Assembly (NCBI GenBank): GCA_050015395.1 | Contig: JBEKBM010000008.1 | Coordinates: 1 to 64,000 of the forward strand | Length of the DNA: 64,000 nucleotides | Reading direction: 5' to 3' | From: Candidatus Bathyarchaeia archaeon | GTDB taxonomy: Archaea > Thermoproteota > Bathyarchaeia > Bathyarchaeales > Bathycorpusculaceae | Shown: positions 29,088 through 39,143 of the stretch, piece after piece | How the letters are laid out: every line of letters starts with the position of its first letter | Numbering within the stretch: the first letter of the stretch is position 1 | Translations under genes and position numbers: made by a program | Notes under the pieces: model-generated | Seen by the model: only the letters and a program-made list of their open reading frames with translations | Databases searched by the model: none | What the model was told of the DNA's origin: nothing

Positions 29088-30770
29088 ATGAGCGAAAAGG
29101 ACGTAACAAAGTTTTTGCAGATTCTTGGGTTGTCGAAGAGGGAAATTCAAGTTTACATGTTCCTTGCCAAAAGCGGTGTCCAATCAACTAGCTTTGTGGC
29201 TAAAAGGCTTAAAATGGAGCGTGTTCAAGCATACCGTACATTCAAGAAGCTGCAGGAGAAAGGCTTTATTGAAGCAACCTTGGAAAGGCCCACGCGTTTT
29301 ACCATTGTTCCTTTTGAAGCCCTAGTTGACTCATTTATTAGTGCTAAAAAGAACGAGGTTACCAACCTAACAGACCAGAAACAGACTCTTCTAACGGCTT
29401 GGGAATCAATTAGCGCTCCAGAATCAGAGTATCCTGTAGCTAAATTCTCTATTATCACGGGTAAGAAGAAGATTCATGCTAAAATGTTATCTATGATTGA
29501 GGAGTCGAATGCTGAAGTTATAGTTTTAACAACCGCTTTAGGTTTAATTCAAGAAGATATTGCTGGTGTTTTTGATACAGCTTTTATCTCTTCCCAAGAG
29601 CGAAACATACTATTTCAAATAATAACCGAGATTTCCCATGAAAACTTCAAGGTTGTAGAGCGGATAGATAGGAATATTTCGGAAGAAAAGTTAAACATTA
29701 AACTTCGTCATGTGAACATGAGTTCCAAATTTTTCCCGCGCTTTTTGATTAAAGATGAAGAAGAAGCCATCTTGTATGCGCCTTTTGGCAATGAAGCCTC
29801 CGTGCTTAATTTGGAAGATGAAGGCTTATGGATAAATGACAAAATGTTCATTTCAGTTTTGAAAGCTTTTTTTGTCCAAATGTGGCAAAGCGGAGTTGAT
29901 GCTTCAAGACGCATAGACGAGCTGAAGAGCGGAATACCGATAGGCGAAACGCTCGTCATAAAAGACCCTGAAGAAGCCTGGTCCAAGGTAACTAAGGTTC
30001 TTGAATCAGCAAAAAAAGACATTGTAATAATCACAACATCACAAAGCATTAACCGCCTATCTGAAAATGACCCGTTAATAAATTACTTCAAAAAAGGCTT
30101 GAAAGTTCAATTAATGGCATCCATAGACTTAGATAATCTTGAACCAGCACAGCGACTTTCAACCCATTATGAAATCAAGCACGTGCCAATCAGCTACCTA
30201 ACAATGATGTTGGTTGATAACAAGCACTTGTTCATGTTTAAGATGCCGCCGCTAAGCGATGTAGGAACCGAATCTGCCTTTTACTTGGCTGACACCTTCT
30301 ACTCCAGCGACCCCAGCCAAATAGAAAGGGTAAGTGAAATGCTTAGTGATATTTGGAAGCGAGGAATAGACATCTCGGAAATCAGCAATCAAGCAGGCAC
30401 TAAACTTCCCACAGTTGAGGTCTCAACAACTGACGCAGTTGCTAAACTTGTCGATAAAATGTTACAAAACAACGTCACTTCAATTCTCATAACTGAAAAT
30501 CATAAGCCCGTTGGGGTAATAAACGACAGAGACCTTTTGAAGGAAATAGTTGAAGAACACAAGGACCCTAAGAAAACTCTAGCAAAAGACCTCAACTACA
30601 CGCCGCTTATAATTCTTCAAGCAAACGAATCCATGATTACAGCCATGAAGCTTATGGAGGAAAAGGGCATGAAGCGAGCTGTCATGGTTAAAAACGGGCA
30701 GCTTATAGGCATGTTAATGGAAAATGCTACTAAAAGGGCTGCCTTGCAAGTTAAAGCATCCGTCTCATAA
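29088..30770 (+). CDS. TrmB-family regulator with duplicated effector domains and C-terminal CBS pair
   Basis: N-terminal TrmB HTH (LGLSKREIQVY...LQEKG), two PLD-like segments (FLIKDEEE, MMLVDNKH), CBS motifs (VGVINDRDL). Confidence 0.85.
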   Translation: MSEKDVTKFLQILGLSKREIQVYMFLAKSGVQSTSFVAKRLKMERVQAYRTFKKLQEKGFIEATLERPTRFTIVPFEALVDSFISAKKNEVTNLTDQKQTLLTAWESISAPESEYPVAKFSIITGKKKIHAKMLSMIEESNAEVIVLTTALGLIQEDIAGVFDTAFISSQERNILFQIITEISHENFKVVERIDRNISEEKLNIKLRHVNMSSKFFPRFLIKDEEEAILYAPFGNEASVLNLEDEGLWINDKMFISVLKAFFVQMWQSGVDASRRIDELKSGIPIGETLVIKDPEEAWSKVTKVLESAKKDIVIITTSQSINRLSENDPLINYFKKGLKVQLMASIDLDNLEPAQRLSTHYEIKHVPISYLTMMLVDNKHLFMFKMPPLSDVGTESAFYLADTFYSSDPSQIERVSEMLSDIWKRGIDISEISNQAGTKLPTVEVSTTDAVAKLVDKMLQNNVTSILITENHKPVGVINDRDLLKEIVEEHKDPKKTLAKDLNYTPLIILQANESMITAMKLMEEKGMKRAVMVKNGQLIGMLMENATKRAALQVKASVS

Positions 30771-30844
30771 CAAATTTTAACTTAAAATAATCTTACTGTA
30801 TTTTTTGAAAGGCAAACGATATTAACAAAATACGGTACCTTTAA

Positions 30845-31540
<696 letters not shown>

Positions 31541-31554
31541 CTGTGTGAGTAACG

Positions 31555-32436
31555 TTGAAAGTTGAAGCTGAATGTGAATCTTGCCTGCTTGCACGGGCAA
31601 CGACGCAAATCTACCAAGCCACAACAAACCCTGCCCTACGTTTCAGATGCCTCGCTGAAGTTGTTAAACTGTTAAATCGAGAATTCAAACCAACGTCGGT
31701 GGCCGCTGATTTAGGCACCAAAAGAGACCGCATAATTAAACAGTTAACAAGCAACAATGATCCATACCTTCGAACCAAGAAGGCGGCTAACGAAAAAGCG
31801 TTGAAAATGCTGCCGCGTGCAAAAAAGCTTGTGGAAGAGGGTAATAATCAGCAGGAACGCTTCAAGAAAGCATGCTTATGCGCTATTGTGGGAAATATTA
31901 TGGAGTTTGATATTCCAGGCCACAAGTTCAACTTGAACAATTTGTCGGGTTGTTTTAGGAAAGCATCTAAAGATTTAGTTATTGATGATATTGACAAAGC
32001 ATATGAGTTAGCAAAGAAAGCAGACAGTGTTCTCTACTTAGCGGATAACGCTGGAGAAATCGTTTTTGACATGTTACTCGTTGAACAGTTAAAAAACATG
32101 GGCTTAAAAGTAACATATGTCGTTAAAGGAGGACCCGTTATTAACGACGCCACTTTAGACGATGTGTTATTCTCAGGCATGGATAAAATAGCCGACGACA
32201 TATTAACCACGGGAACCGACGCGGTTGGCTTGCAGAAAAAGGAAGTTTCACCTGAATTCTTGAAAATTTACGATGCTGCAGAACTGGTTTTCGCTAAAGG
32301 CATGGGGTATGCTGAAACCCTTACTGAGTACAAGTTGACGAAGCCTCATCTGCTTTTGTTCAGAACAAAATGTGTTCCAGTAGCTAATTATTTCTGTGCT
32401 CCACGCGACAAGAACATTGCAAAGCTGATGCCGTAA
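31555..32436 (+). CDS. DUF89/ARMT1-like damage-control phosphatase
   Basis: ECESC, DNAGEIVFD, INDAT, AKGMG. Confidence 0.92.
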   Translation: MKVEAECESCLLARATTQIYQATTNPALRFRCLAEVVKLLNREFKPTSVAADLGTKRDRIIKQLTSNNDPYLRTKKAANEKALKMLPRAKKLVEEGNNQQERFKKACLCAIVGNIMEFDIPGHKFNLNNLSGCFRKASKDLVIDDIDKAYELAKKADSVLYLADNAGEIVFDMLLVEQLKNMGLKVTYVVKGGPVINDATLDDVLFSGMDKIADDILTTGTDAVGLQKKEVSPEFLKIYDAAELVFAKGMGYAETLTEYKLTKPHLLLFRTKCVPVANYFCAPRDKNIAKLMP

Positions 32437-32438
32437 AA

Positions 32439-34502
32439 ATGAAACTGCCCGCCATAGTCTTCACTCAAGAAACTCTTTCTCGTTTTGGCGAGGTTATGCG
32501 GAAGGAATGGCTCATAACCAATGGGCTGGGCGGTTACGCATCAAGCACTGTTTTAGGCATTAACACAAGGAAGTATCATGGTTTATTGGTTGCCGCGTTG
32601 CATCCGCCCGGCGACCGCACAGTGTGCGTCTCAAAGCTTGACGAGGATGTTTTGGTGGGTAATGATGTTTACCGGTTGGGTACTAACGAGTTTCAGGATG
32701 TGATTTACCCACAGGGGTACAAGTTCCTAAAGGCATTTTCAGTAGCGCCTTTTCCCACGTACATGTACGGTTTTAGCAGCGTTGAGGTTAATAAAACGGT
32801 TTTTATGCCTGAAAACAAGAACGCTGTCTCAGTAATCTATAGGGTTTCTAACAAGAACAATTTCGAGGCTAAACTTAAAATCTACCCAATTTTAACGTGC
32901 AGATATTTTCACACGGTCAAGGATAGATTGAAAAACCCTTTTGGCTTCACACAAAAAAGCATCGGCAAAGAGTTAGAAACAGTTTTCCAGTATCCAGAAG
33001 CCACAATCTTGTGCCGCTCAACTGATGGAGAGTTCAAGGAGAAAATCGACTGGATAGAACGCTTATTCTATCGCATGGAAGCTTCAAGAGGCGAAGCCAG
33101 CAGTGACGATTGTTTCCAACCCGGATATTTTGAAGTTCAAGTTCCAGCTAAAGACGAAAAAGAGTTTGCGGTAAGCTTTGCCGTAAATCATGAAAGCCAA
33201 GTAGCAAGAGAAGTTTTGGATTCTGTCGGCAACAAGATTGATGAAGTTAATGCTTCTTTCAATCGAGAATTAACACAGCAAAGCAATCTGCTGGAAAAAT
33301 TTTATGGTTTACACCCTGAGGTTCCAATGAGCGATTGGCTAAACTGGATTCTTTTAGCCGCAGACTCCTTCATAGTGGAGAATACCGCTGGCAGGAAAGC
33401 CGTCATTGCAGGGTACCACTGGTTTGAACCTTGGGGCAGAGACACGTTCATTTCATTGCCTGGCCTTATGCTGGTTACTGGCAGATTTAGCGATGCAAAG
33501 GAAATACTTCAAAATTACATTCAATACAGCCGAAATGGGCTTATTCCAAATTTTGTAGCCGATAAGTCGGGTGAGCCCGCCTACAACACTGTTGACGCCA
33601 CACTTTGGTATGTTAACGCTGTGCTTCAATACCTAAAATACACTGGGGACTCCGCGTTTGTTCAAGAAAAGCTTTGGGAAAATCTCCAGGCAATAATTGA
33701 TTATCATGAGCGGGGCACTTTATCTGGTATTCGTTTAGATTACGACGGCCTACTAATGCACGGTTCAAGGCTAACGTGGATGGATGCAGCAGTAGGCGGC
33801 AAAGAGATTACGCCAAGAGTTGGAAAAGCAGTGGAAATCCAAGCTTTATGGTACAATACACTGCGAATCATGCAGTTGCTGGCCAACAACTTCGGTGAGA
33901 AAGCTTTGGCTGAAAAATACGCTGTGATGGCAGATAAAACCAGCAAAAGCTTTAACGAAAAATTCTGGAGCACCAACGCAGGTTGCCTCTTTGACGTTCT
34001 GGATGCTAATGGCGCTGATGCATCGCTTCGTCCCAACCAGATTTTCGCTGTCTCACTGGATTTTATCATGCTGGATAAAGACAAGAGCGCGCAAGTTGTC
34101 AACTTGGTGAATCGTGAGCTGGTAACACCTTATGGCTTGCGTACTTTAGCGTTAAGTGACCCAAAGTTTGTCGGTAAATGCTTTGGCGATAGTCTAAGCA
34201 GAGACACCTCTTACCATAACGGGACAATTTGGCCTTGGCTACTGGGGCCATTCATAACGGCATATTTGAAAATTAACAGCTACAGCACCCAGTCACGCGA
34301 GTATGCAATGAAAAATCTTGTTTTACCCTTATTCAGCAGCGGAATCAACCAAGCAGGATTAGGCACATTAAGCGAAATATACGACTGTGACTCACCAAAC
34401 ACGCCGAGGGGTTGCATCTCGCAAGCATGGAGCGTTGCCGAGCCCCTGCGAGCCTACATAGAAGACGTACTGATGGTCAAACCAAGATTTCAGTCTACTT
34501 AG
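32439..34502 (+). CDS. Glycogen debranching enzyme (amylo-alpha-1,6-glucosidase)
   Basis: EWLITNGLGGYAS, WGRDTFISLPG, TWMDA, YHNGTIWPWL, QAWSVAE. Confidence 0.95.
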   Translation: MKLPAIVFTQETLSRFGEVMRKEWLITNGLGGYASSTVLGINTRKYHGLLVAALHPPGDRTVCVSKLDEDVLVGNDVYRLGTNEFQDVIYPQGYKFLKAFSVAPFPTYMYGFSSVEVNKTVFMPENKNAVSVIYRVSNKNNFEAKLKIYPILTCRYFHTVKDRLKNPFGFTQKSIGKELETVFQYPEATILCRSTDGEFKEKIDWIERLFYRMEASRGEASSDDCFQPGYFEVQVPAKDEKEFAVSFAVNHESQVAREVLDSVGNKIDEVNASFNRELTQQSNLLEKFYGLHPEVPMSDWLNWILLAADSFIVENTAGRKAVIAGYHWFEPWGRDTFISLPGLMLVTGRFSDAKEILQNYIQYSRNGLIPNFVADKSGEPAYNTVDATLWYVNAVLQYLKYTGDSAFVQEKLWENLQAIIDYHERGTLSGIRLDYDGLLMHGSRLTWMDAAVGGKEITPRVGKAVEIQALWYNTLRIMQLLANNFGEKALAEKYAVMADKTSKSFNEKFWSTNAGCLFDVLDANGADASLRPNQIFAVSLDFIMLDKDKSAQVVNLVNRELVTPYGLRTLALSDPKFVGKCFGDSLSRDTSYHNGTIWPWLLGPFITAYLKINSYSTQSREYAMKNLVLPLFSSGINQAGLGTLSEIYDCDSPNTPRGCISQAWSVAEPLRAYIEDVLMVKPRFQST

Positions 34503-34520
34503 TTTTTGGCTTTTTTCTAA

Positions 34521-34555
34521 GCATTTTTGTGGCCGGATTTTGTCACAAATATTAG
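34521..34555. repeat. Dispersed 35-bp repeat, copy B
   Basis: GCATTTTTGTGGCCGGATTTTGTCACAAATATTAG; 32/35 identical to the reverse complement of 15700-15734. Confidence 0.85.
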
Positions 34556-34862
34556 GGTTATCCCTATCGGTCAAAGCCAAACATGTGCCTGCTACCGCCT
34601 ACCCCTAAGAGGTCAAAATATATACGATTTTTAGATACGTTTGTATATACACTTATTGAGCGTAGACAGAAGCTGCGCACTTCCAACATAAAAACATGTT
34701 TATTCATGCACATTTTCGCGCAATTAACCTGTTTATAGTTTAAATAAGGTCAGATCAACGCTGAAGAAAATAATTTTAAAGTGGCTTTTTTGAAGTAAAT
34801 GATTATGCTTACACCATTAGTAAATTACATGAGGTAAAGGCAGTTAGGATTGAGGCCTATCA

Positions 34863-34900
34863 GTTTCGCTATAAGCGAAATTATTTAAAATAGAGCGAAA
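34863..34900 (+). promoter_or_regulatory. Operator/promoter copy facing into the 3' end of the AbiEi-like gene
   Basis: TTTCGCT-ATA-AGCGAAA palindrome + TATTTAAA + GAGCGAAA; 31/38 identical to the reverse complement of 35594-35631. Confidence 0.7.
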
Positions 34901-34902
34901 GT

Positions 34903-35580
34903 TTAAAGCGTGTGTTTTTGACTCTGCCGAGAACTCCACTCCTTCTCAAGTTTTTCAAGCAGGGCGTCAGCAGCTTCTTCTCCTCGAGCTGGATAGTTAA
35001 AGAGGTCCACGTACAGCTGCACTTTACTAACGACGATAACTTGACCTACTTCAGTAAAGCCGTAAAAAACTCCTTCATCATATGGCAAAACCATTGATAC
35101 ATTTCCTCCTTTTTCAGTTGGTCTCAAGTCCAACTGGTTAGCTATATTCACAGCTTTGTCCCTTTCTTTGATGTAGAAGTGGATAGTCGTCGGTCTCACA
35201 TATGGCGCAATAAGATTAGCACCAGCTAAGGCAGTGAGAGCATATTCTGCGCTGCTTAACCTCTGCATCTTTGAAGTGAAAACTTCAATATCTCTCTCAA
35301 AAGTATGATAATTCAAGAAAGTGTTCATAGAAGTATAGTTGTTAAATGCAGCCCACCTTTGCAAAAGTTTCACCGGATCTGACACAATTAGCCTGTATCG
35401 CTCATTTCTATCAACATGCCCTTGATCGATTAGCGACATGACAGTGGCGTGAGTAAAACCCAGAGAAACCTTTGCCTCTTTTGATAAGTCCTCGATGGTC
35501 CAGCCTTTGAAAGGATCAATAAGGAGAACTCGTAATACGCGGGAGGCTTTAGGTGAAAAAATGTTCTGTGTTTTTCTCAT
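34903..35580 (-). CDS. AbiEi-like antitoxin / transcriptional regulator (type IV TA)
   Basis: N-terminal wHTH, LLQRWA, YALTALAGA, QLYVDL...RGEEAA. Confidence 0.85.
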   Translation of the reverse strand: MRKTQNIFSPKASRVLRVLLIDPFKGWTIEDLSKEAKVSLGFTHATVMSLIDQGHVDRNERYRLIVSDPVKLLQRWAAFNNYTSMNTFLNYHTFERDIEVFTSKMQRLSSAEYALTALAGANLIAPYVRPTTIHFYIKERDKAVNIANQLDLRPTEKGGNVSMVLPYDEGVFYGFTEVGQVIVVSKVQLYVDLFNYPARGEEAADALLEKLEKEWSSRQSQKHTL

Positions 35581-35593
35581 GTGAGAAAAGTAG

Positions 35594-35631
35594 TTTCGCT
35601 CTCATTTATATAGTTTCGCTAATGACGAAAC
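35594..35631 (-). promoter_or_regulatory. Operator/promoter of the AbiEi-like gene
   Basis: Minus strand GTTTCGTCATTAGCGAAAC-TATATAAA-TGAGAGCGAAA; TATA lies ~25 nt before the ATG. Confidence 0.75.
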
Positions 35632-35702
35632 AAAACCTAAACTATAAAAACAGTTCAGAAAGTAATAATGTTCCAACCTCAAATACTTACAGGTGACTAT
35701 GC

Positions 35703-36500
35703 TTGTATGATAGGAACCAGACTGAAGTTTCTAAGGGTGCGCTCGTTGAGCTGGCTCTAGCACTGGGACTTTACAAGGATGACGCAGTTTTAGTAGGTGG
35801 ATGGACACCCTATTTCTTAAGTCAAGGTTATTTTGAGCATTGTGGCTCTATTGATATAGACTTGGTTCTGCGTCCTTCCATTATGGCTCGATACGAGTCG
35901 ATTCGGGATATCGTGCTGAGTCTTGGTTATGAACCCACGAAAAACCCTTTCCGGTTACGACGTGAACTTATATCTCTTAACGGAGCACCCTTTCATATTG
36001 ATCTTGATTTTCTTACAGAGCCAGAAGCAAGAAGTCAATTGGAAGACCTGATAGAAGTTCAAGAAGGATTACAGGCGGTTTTCATTCCTGGTTGCAGCAT
36101 AGTATTTACCTATAACTATCTGGAAACGGTCAGAGGGGTTTTGCCTGCGGGCGGAGAGGGCGTTGCCAACATTAAGACCTCTGATATCGTTGGAACATTA
36201 ACGATGAAAGGTCTTGCATTGGGCCGTCCACGAAAGTTGGCGAAGGATAGCTACGACATATACGCGGTGGCTGGTTTCCATGGGGGAGATCCTTACAAAG
36301 CTGCCTCTTTCTTCAAGCAACTGGTCGAAACGCTAGGCAATAACGTTAAACCTCAAGTTACAGATATAGCCCTTAAGAAGATCAGAGATGGTTTCGCTTC
36401 GCCCAACCATTATGCAGCTCAAGCAGTTTCACGCTTCGTTGAGGAAGACGTCTCAACAGACGCATCAGAAAGAGTCTCAGCATTCATTTCCAAAATTTAG
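35703..36500 (+). CDS. AbiEii-like nucleotidyltransferase (putative toxin)
   Basis: VLVGGW, SIDIDL, MKGLAL...KDSYDIY. Confidence 0.85.
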   Translation: MYDRNQTEVSKGALVELALALGLYKDDAVLVGGWTPYFLSQGYFEHCGSIDIDLVLRPSIMARYESIRDIVLSLGYEPTKNPFRLRRELISLNGAPFHIDLDFLTEPEARSQLEDLIEVQEGLQAVFIPGCSIVFTYNYLETVRGVLPAGGEGVANIKTSDIVGTLTMKGLALGRPRKLAKDSYDIYAVAGFHGGDPYKAASFFKQLVETLGNNVKPQVTDIALKKIRDGFASPNHYAAQAVSRFVEEDVSTDASERVSAFISKI

Positions 36501-36518
36501 ACGAAACGCGGCAAAAAA

Positions 36519-37559
36519 CTAGGGTTTTATTGCTTTTCTGAGGCTTTCAGCGGCGGTTTCTGGCGTGATTGTGTTTATGTATGTTCCTGTGCTTAACTCG
36601 AAGCCTGCCCAAATTGACAGTTTAGGGTAGACTTCCAAGTGCCAATGGTAATAGTCTTGTGCCTCTTGGTTTATGGCTAAGTGAAAACCGTAATTGTACG
36701 GTGGATCATTCACTAAATCCTTTAAGCCTTTGAGGCTTGCTTTGAGAGTTTTAGCGAACGCTGACACTTCAGCATCATCCAAGTCAAGGATGTTGACGGC
36801 ATGTTTTCTAGGCATAATCCAGAACTCCATTGGGTTTATGCTTGCGTAAGGAGCGAAGCCAATAAAATCTGAATCTTCGCAAATAAGCCTTGGACCTTTT
36901 GATTCTTGCTCGATTATGTCACAGAAAACGCACTTGCCGTGTTCGCCGTAGAATGCTTTACTTGCATCCATCTCTTCTTGGATTATTACAGGAATGATTG
37001 GTGTCGCGATTACTTGACTATGCGCATGAGAAAGCGACGCACCTGCTAGCTGCCCATAGTTCCTAAAAATTGAGACAGATTTGACGTATGGTTTTGCGCT
37101 TAACTCTCTGAGCCTATCAATGTACGCATGGATGACCCGTTCCAACTGGGGCAGTTGGGCGTCAGCTGGGTCCTCATCATGATTTGGAGATTCAATTATA
37201 ATCTCATGATGTCCAACCGCGTAGCCAAAACATTCGTTCTTTAAGATTTCGGCTTCATCTTCTGGTTGTTTGGGTGGACTGAACGCTGGGTAAAGGTTTG
37301 GGATGCAACGGACAAGCCAGTTTTTTGGGCGTTCGCCAACCAGCGGGTCTTTAGCCTTTTTTATTTCGCCATTCTCTTTCAAGTATAGCATTAAGGCTGG
37401 CGGCGTCATGTTCTCGTTGCCAACACACATCGGACAAATCCCGCTTTGGGCAGTTTCAGTTTTTTGTTTGGCAAAATCGGTGGGTCTTCGGCTTCGTTCT
37501 GTCGCAATAACGACCCAGCGGTCCAGTAAGTAATCTTTCCTTAATTCATTGTAGGGCAT
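36519..37559 (-). CDS. galT: Galactose-1-phosphate uridylyltransferase family protein
   Basis: RSRRP, CPMC, NLYPA, GASLSHAHSQ, HWHLE. Confidence 0.93.
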   Translation of the reverse strand: MPYNELRKDYLLDRWVVIATERSRRPTDFAKQKTETAQSGICPMCVGNENMTPPALMLYLKENGEIKKAKDPLVGERPKNWLVRCIPNLYPAFSPPKQPEDEAEILKNECFGYAVGHHEIIIESPNHDEDPADAQLPQLERVIHAYIDRLRELSAKPYVKSVSIFRNYGQLAGASLSHAHSQVIATPIIPVIIQEEMDASKAFYGEHGKCVFCDIIEQESKGPRLICEDSDFIGFAPYASINPMEFWIMPRKHAVNILDLDDAEVSAFAKTLKASLKGLKDLVNDPPYNYGFHLAINQEAQDYYHWHLEVYPKLSIWAGFELSTGTYINTITPETAAESLRKAIKP

Positions 37560-37778
37560 ATGTTAAGCACTCTGACAAACAAAGGTACTGACGCATTTTA
37601 GCATGACAAGAGATTTGATATTGAAATTTAATTCCATTACTAAGGTGACTTGTCATCAATGTTAGCCCTTTTTCCTTTTCTAATCATAGCTTCTTAGAAT
37701 AAATCTTTTACTGAGTAGGTCTAACGTCTTTCTTTACTATGATAGCTAACTTATAGTTTTCTTGCTAATAGCCAGCAT

Positions 37779-38480
37779 TTAATATTCTTCATAATCGTAT
37801 GAAAAAAGTGAAGTCTCAACTGTGAAGGGATTTTTATAGTTAATGCCGTATTGCCGTTGAGGATAAATCTCTTGACCATCGAACATGTCATTGAATGTCT
37901 GAGTAAAGGATGTGCCTTGTTGATATTTTGGCTCAATCAAACGATATTTAAATAATCTATTTTTAGCTGGTTTATGAATGACATTAAGCAGAAATGCACC
38001 AGCGAGAGCATCTCTGACATTCTTTAGATTCGCTTTTTTGAGATTACTACTTACATTATGCTTTATGTCATTATAGTAACCCCACCATTCAGGTATATTA
38101 CTGCTAAAAGGTGTAAGAACTGTTCTTTCTGGTAGACCTTTAAACGTAACTTTCTTAGAGCATAATCCGTATATCTCATCAAAAGCTCGTATGCCACTTA
38201 CGATAATTCCACTCTTTTCCTCTGCTCTCTTTAGAATTTCTACACAAGAAGGTTTCTCAACAAATTCAGAATATCTCGCCATCTCTTTGAAAGCAGAATC
38301 AATGTGACTACCTATACTCAGGAAGAGATTAAGCAGTTTGAAAGAATACGTTTGTTCATTTCCATCTAAGTAAGGAACATATTCAAGGAAGCTGTCAAAT
38401 TGTCGTTCTATGTCTTTGTAATACTCCCAATAACCACCATTTTCAAAAGTAGGATTAAATCGCTTTTCTTCTTCTGTCAT
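37779..38480 (-). CDS. Hypothetical helical protein, possibly HEPN-like
   Basis: AT-rich; WWGYYNDIKHN resembles an Rx4-6H-variant HEPN motif. Confidence 0.6.
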   Translation of the reverse strand: MTEEEKRFNPTFENGGYWEYYKDIERQFDSFLEYVPYLDGNEQTYSFKLLNLFLSIGSHIDSAFKEMARYSEFVEKPSCVEILKRAEEKSGIIVSGIRAFDEIYGLCSKKVTFKGLPERTVLTPFSSNIPEWWGYYNDIKHNVSSNLKKANLKNVRDALAGAFLLNVIHKPAKNRLFKYRLIEPKYQQGTSFTQTFNDMFDGQEIYPQRQYGINYKNPFTVETSLFSYDYEEY

Positions 38481-38491
38481 ATTAAGGTTTA

Positions 38492-38520
38492 TTCTACGCT
38501 ATTCAGATTTAAGACTTATC
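38492..38520 (-). repeat. ~28-bp cassette/promoter repeat, copy 1
   Basis: TTCTACGCTATTCAGATTTAAGACTTATC. Confidence 0.88.
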
Positions 38521-38671
38521 TCTCTAAGTTTCCAGCTTACCGAGACCATTATAGCGCCTTAATGTGCTCTGTAAATATCGCTAAGTTTCTAACCCCTGAA
38601 TGGTCGCAGTAATTTACCGAGACCTTCTAAAGGACTATGGTCTAATGTACTCGGTAAACTTAGCTAAAATA

Positions 38672-38872
38672 CTAAGCTCTTTTCTCACCAAGTTTCTGTT
38701 TTTCATCAAGTTTCTTTTTATTAGCTTCTCTTCTATTAGCTACGAAAATACCCCATTGTTTTTTATTGTAAAGAGCTTTACATGGGTTACTATGAAAGAG
38801 CTTATTTTCATCGTAAGTCTCAAAGACTATTCCGCATGGACATTTTCTAATAATGATTGTGTCGGATAACAG
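38672..38872 (-). CDS. ~66-aa Zn-finger-like microprotein (CTG start inferred), not in the ORF track
   Basis: LSDTIIIRKCPCGIVFETYDENKLFHSNPCKALYNKKQWG...EKRA; GGGGA SD; in-frame TAG directly upstream. Confidence 0.6.
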   Translation of the reverse strand: MLSDTIIIRKCPCGIVFETYDENKLFHSNPCKALYNKKQWGIFVANRREANKKKLDEKQKLGEKRA

Positions 38873-38896
38873 CTTCTATTCCCCGTCTAACTCTAT

Positions 38897-38924
38897 TTCT
38901 ACGCTATGCAGATTTAAGACTTAT
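38897..38924 (-). repeat. ~28-bp cassette/promoter repeat, copy 2
   Basis: TTCTACGCTATGCAGATTTAAGACTTAT, 27/28 identical to copy 1. Confidence 0.88.
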
Positions 38925-38930
38925 TCTTGC

Positions 38931-39095
38931 TTATTGTTGCACTTTGAGTACATCTACAGCATAAATAACGAAACCAACCGCAATCACAATTATGCCGAGA
39001 TACAAATCTAATTGGTAAGCGAGCAAGCGCGCTGTTAACAAGACTATTAGTCCAACCACCGCTAAAGCCATTCCGACCAAACGAGTTACATTCAT
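38931..39095 (-). CDS. 54-aa two-TM microprotein, not in the ORF track
   Basis: MNVTRLVGMALAVVGLIVLLTARLLAYQLDLYLGIIVIAVGFVIYAVDVLKVQQ; GGGTGA SD upstream. Confidence 0.75.
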   Translation of the reverse strand: MNVTRLVGMALAVVGLIVLLTARLLAYQLDLYLGIIVIAVGFVIYAVDVLKVQQ

Positions 39096-39115
39096 GCTTT
39101 CACCCTATTTTTCTA

Positions 39116-39143
39116 TTCTGCCCTATGCGATTTAAGACTTATC
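39116..39143 (-). repeat. ~28-bp cassette/promoter repeat, copy 3
   Basis: TTCTGCCCTATGC-GATTTAAGACTTATC. Confidence 0.8.

Noticed and set aside
38492-39143. 28-bp repeats as a CRISPR array or a canonical integron
   Set aside because: Intervals are 200-400 bp and encode ORFs. There are no GTTRRRY/RYYYAAC cores and no IntI-type gene is recognisable nearby.
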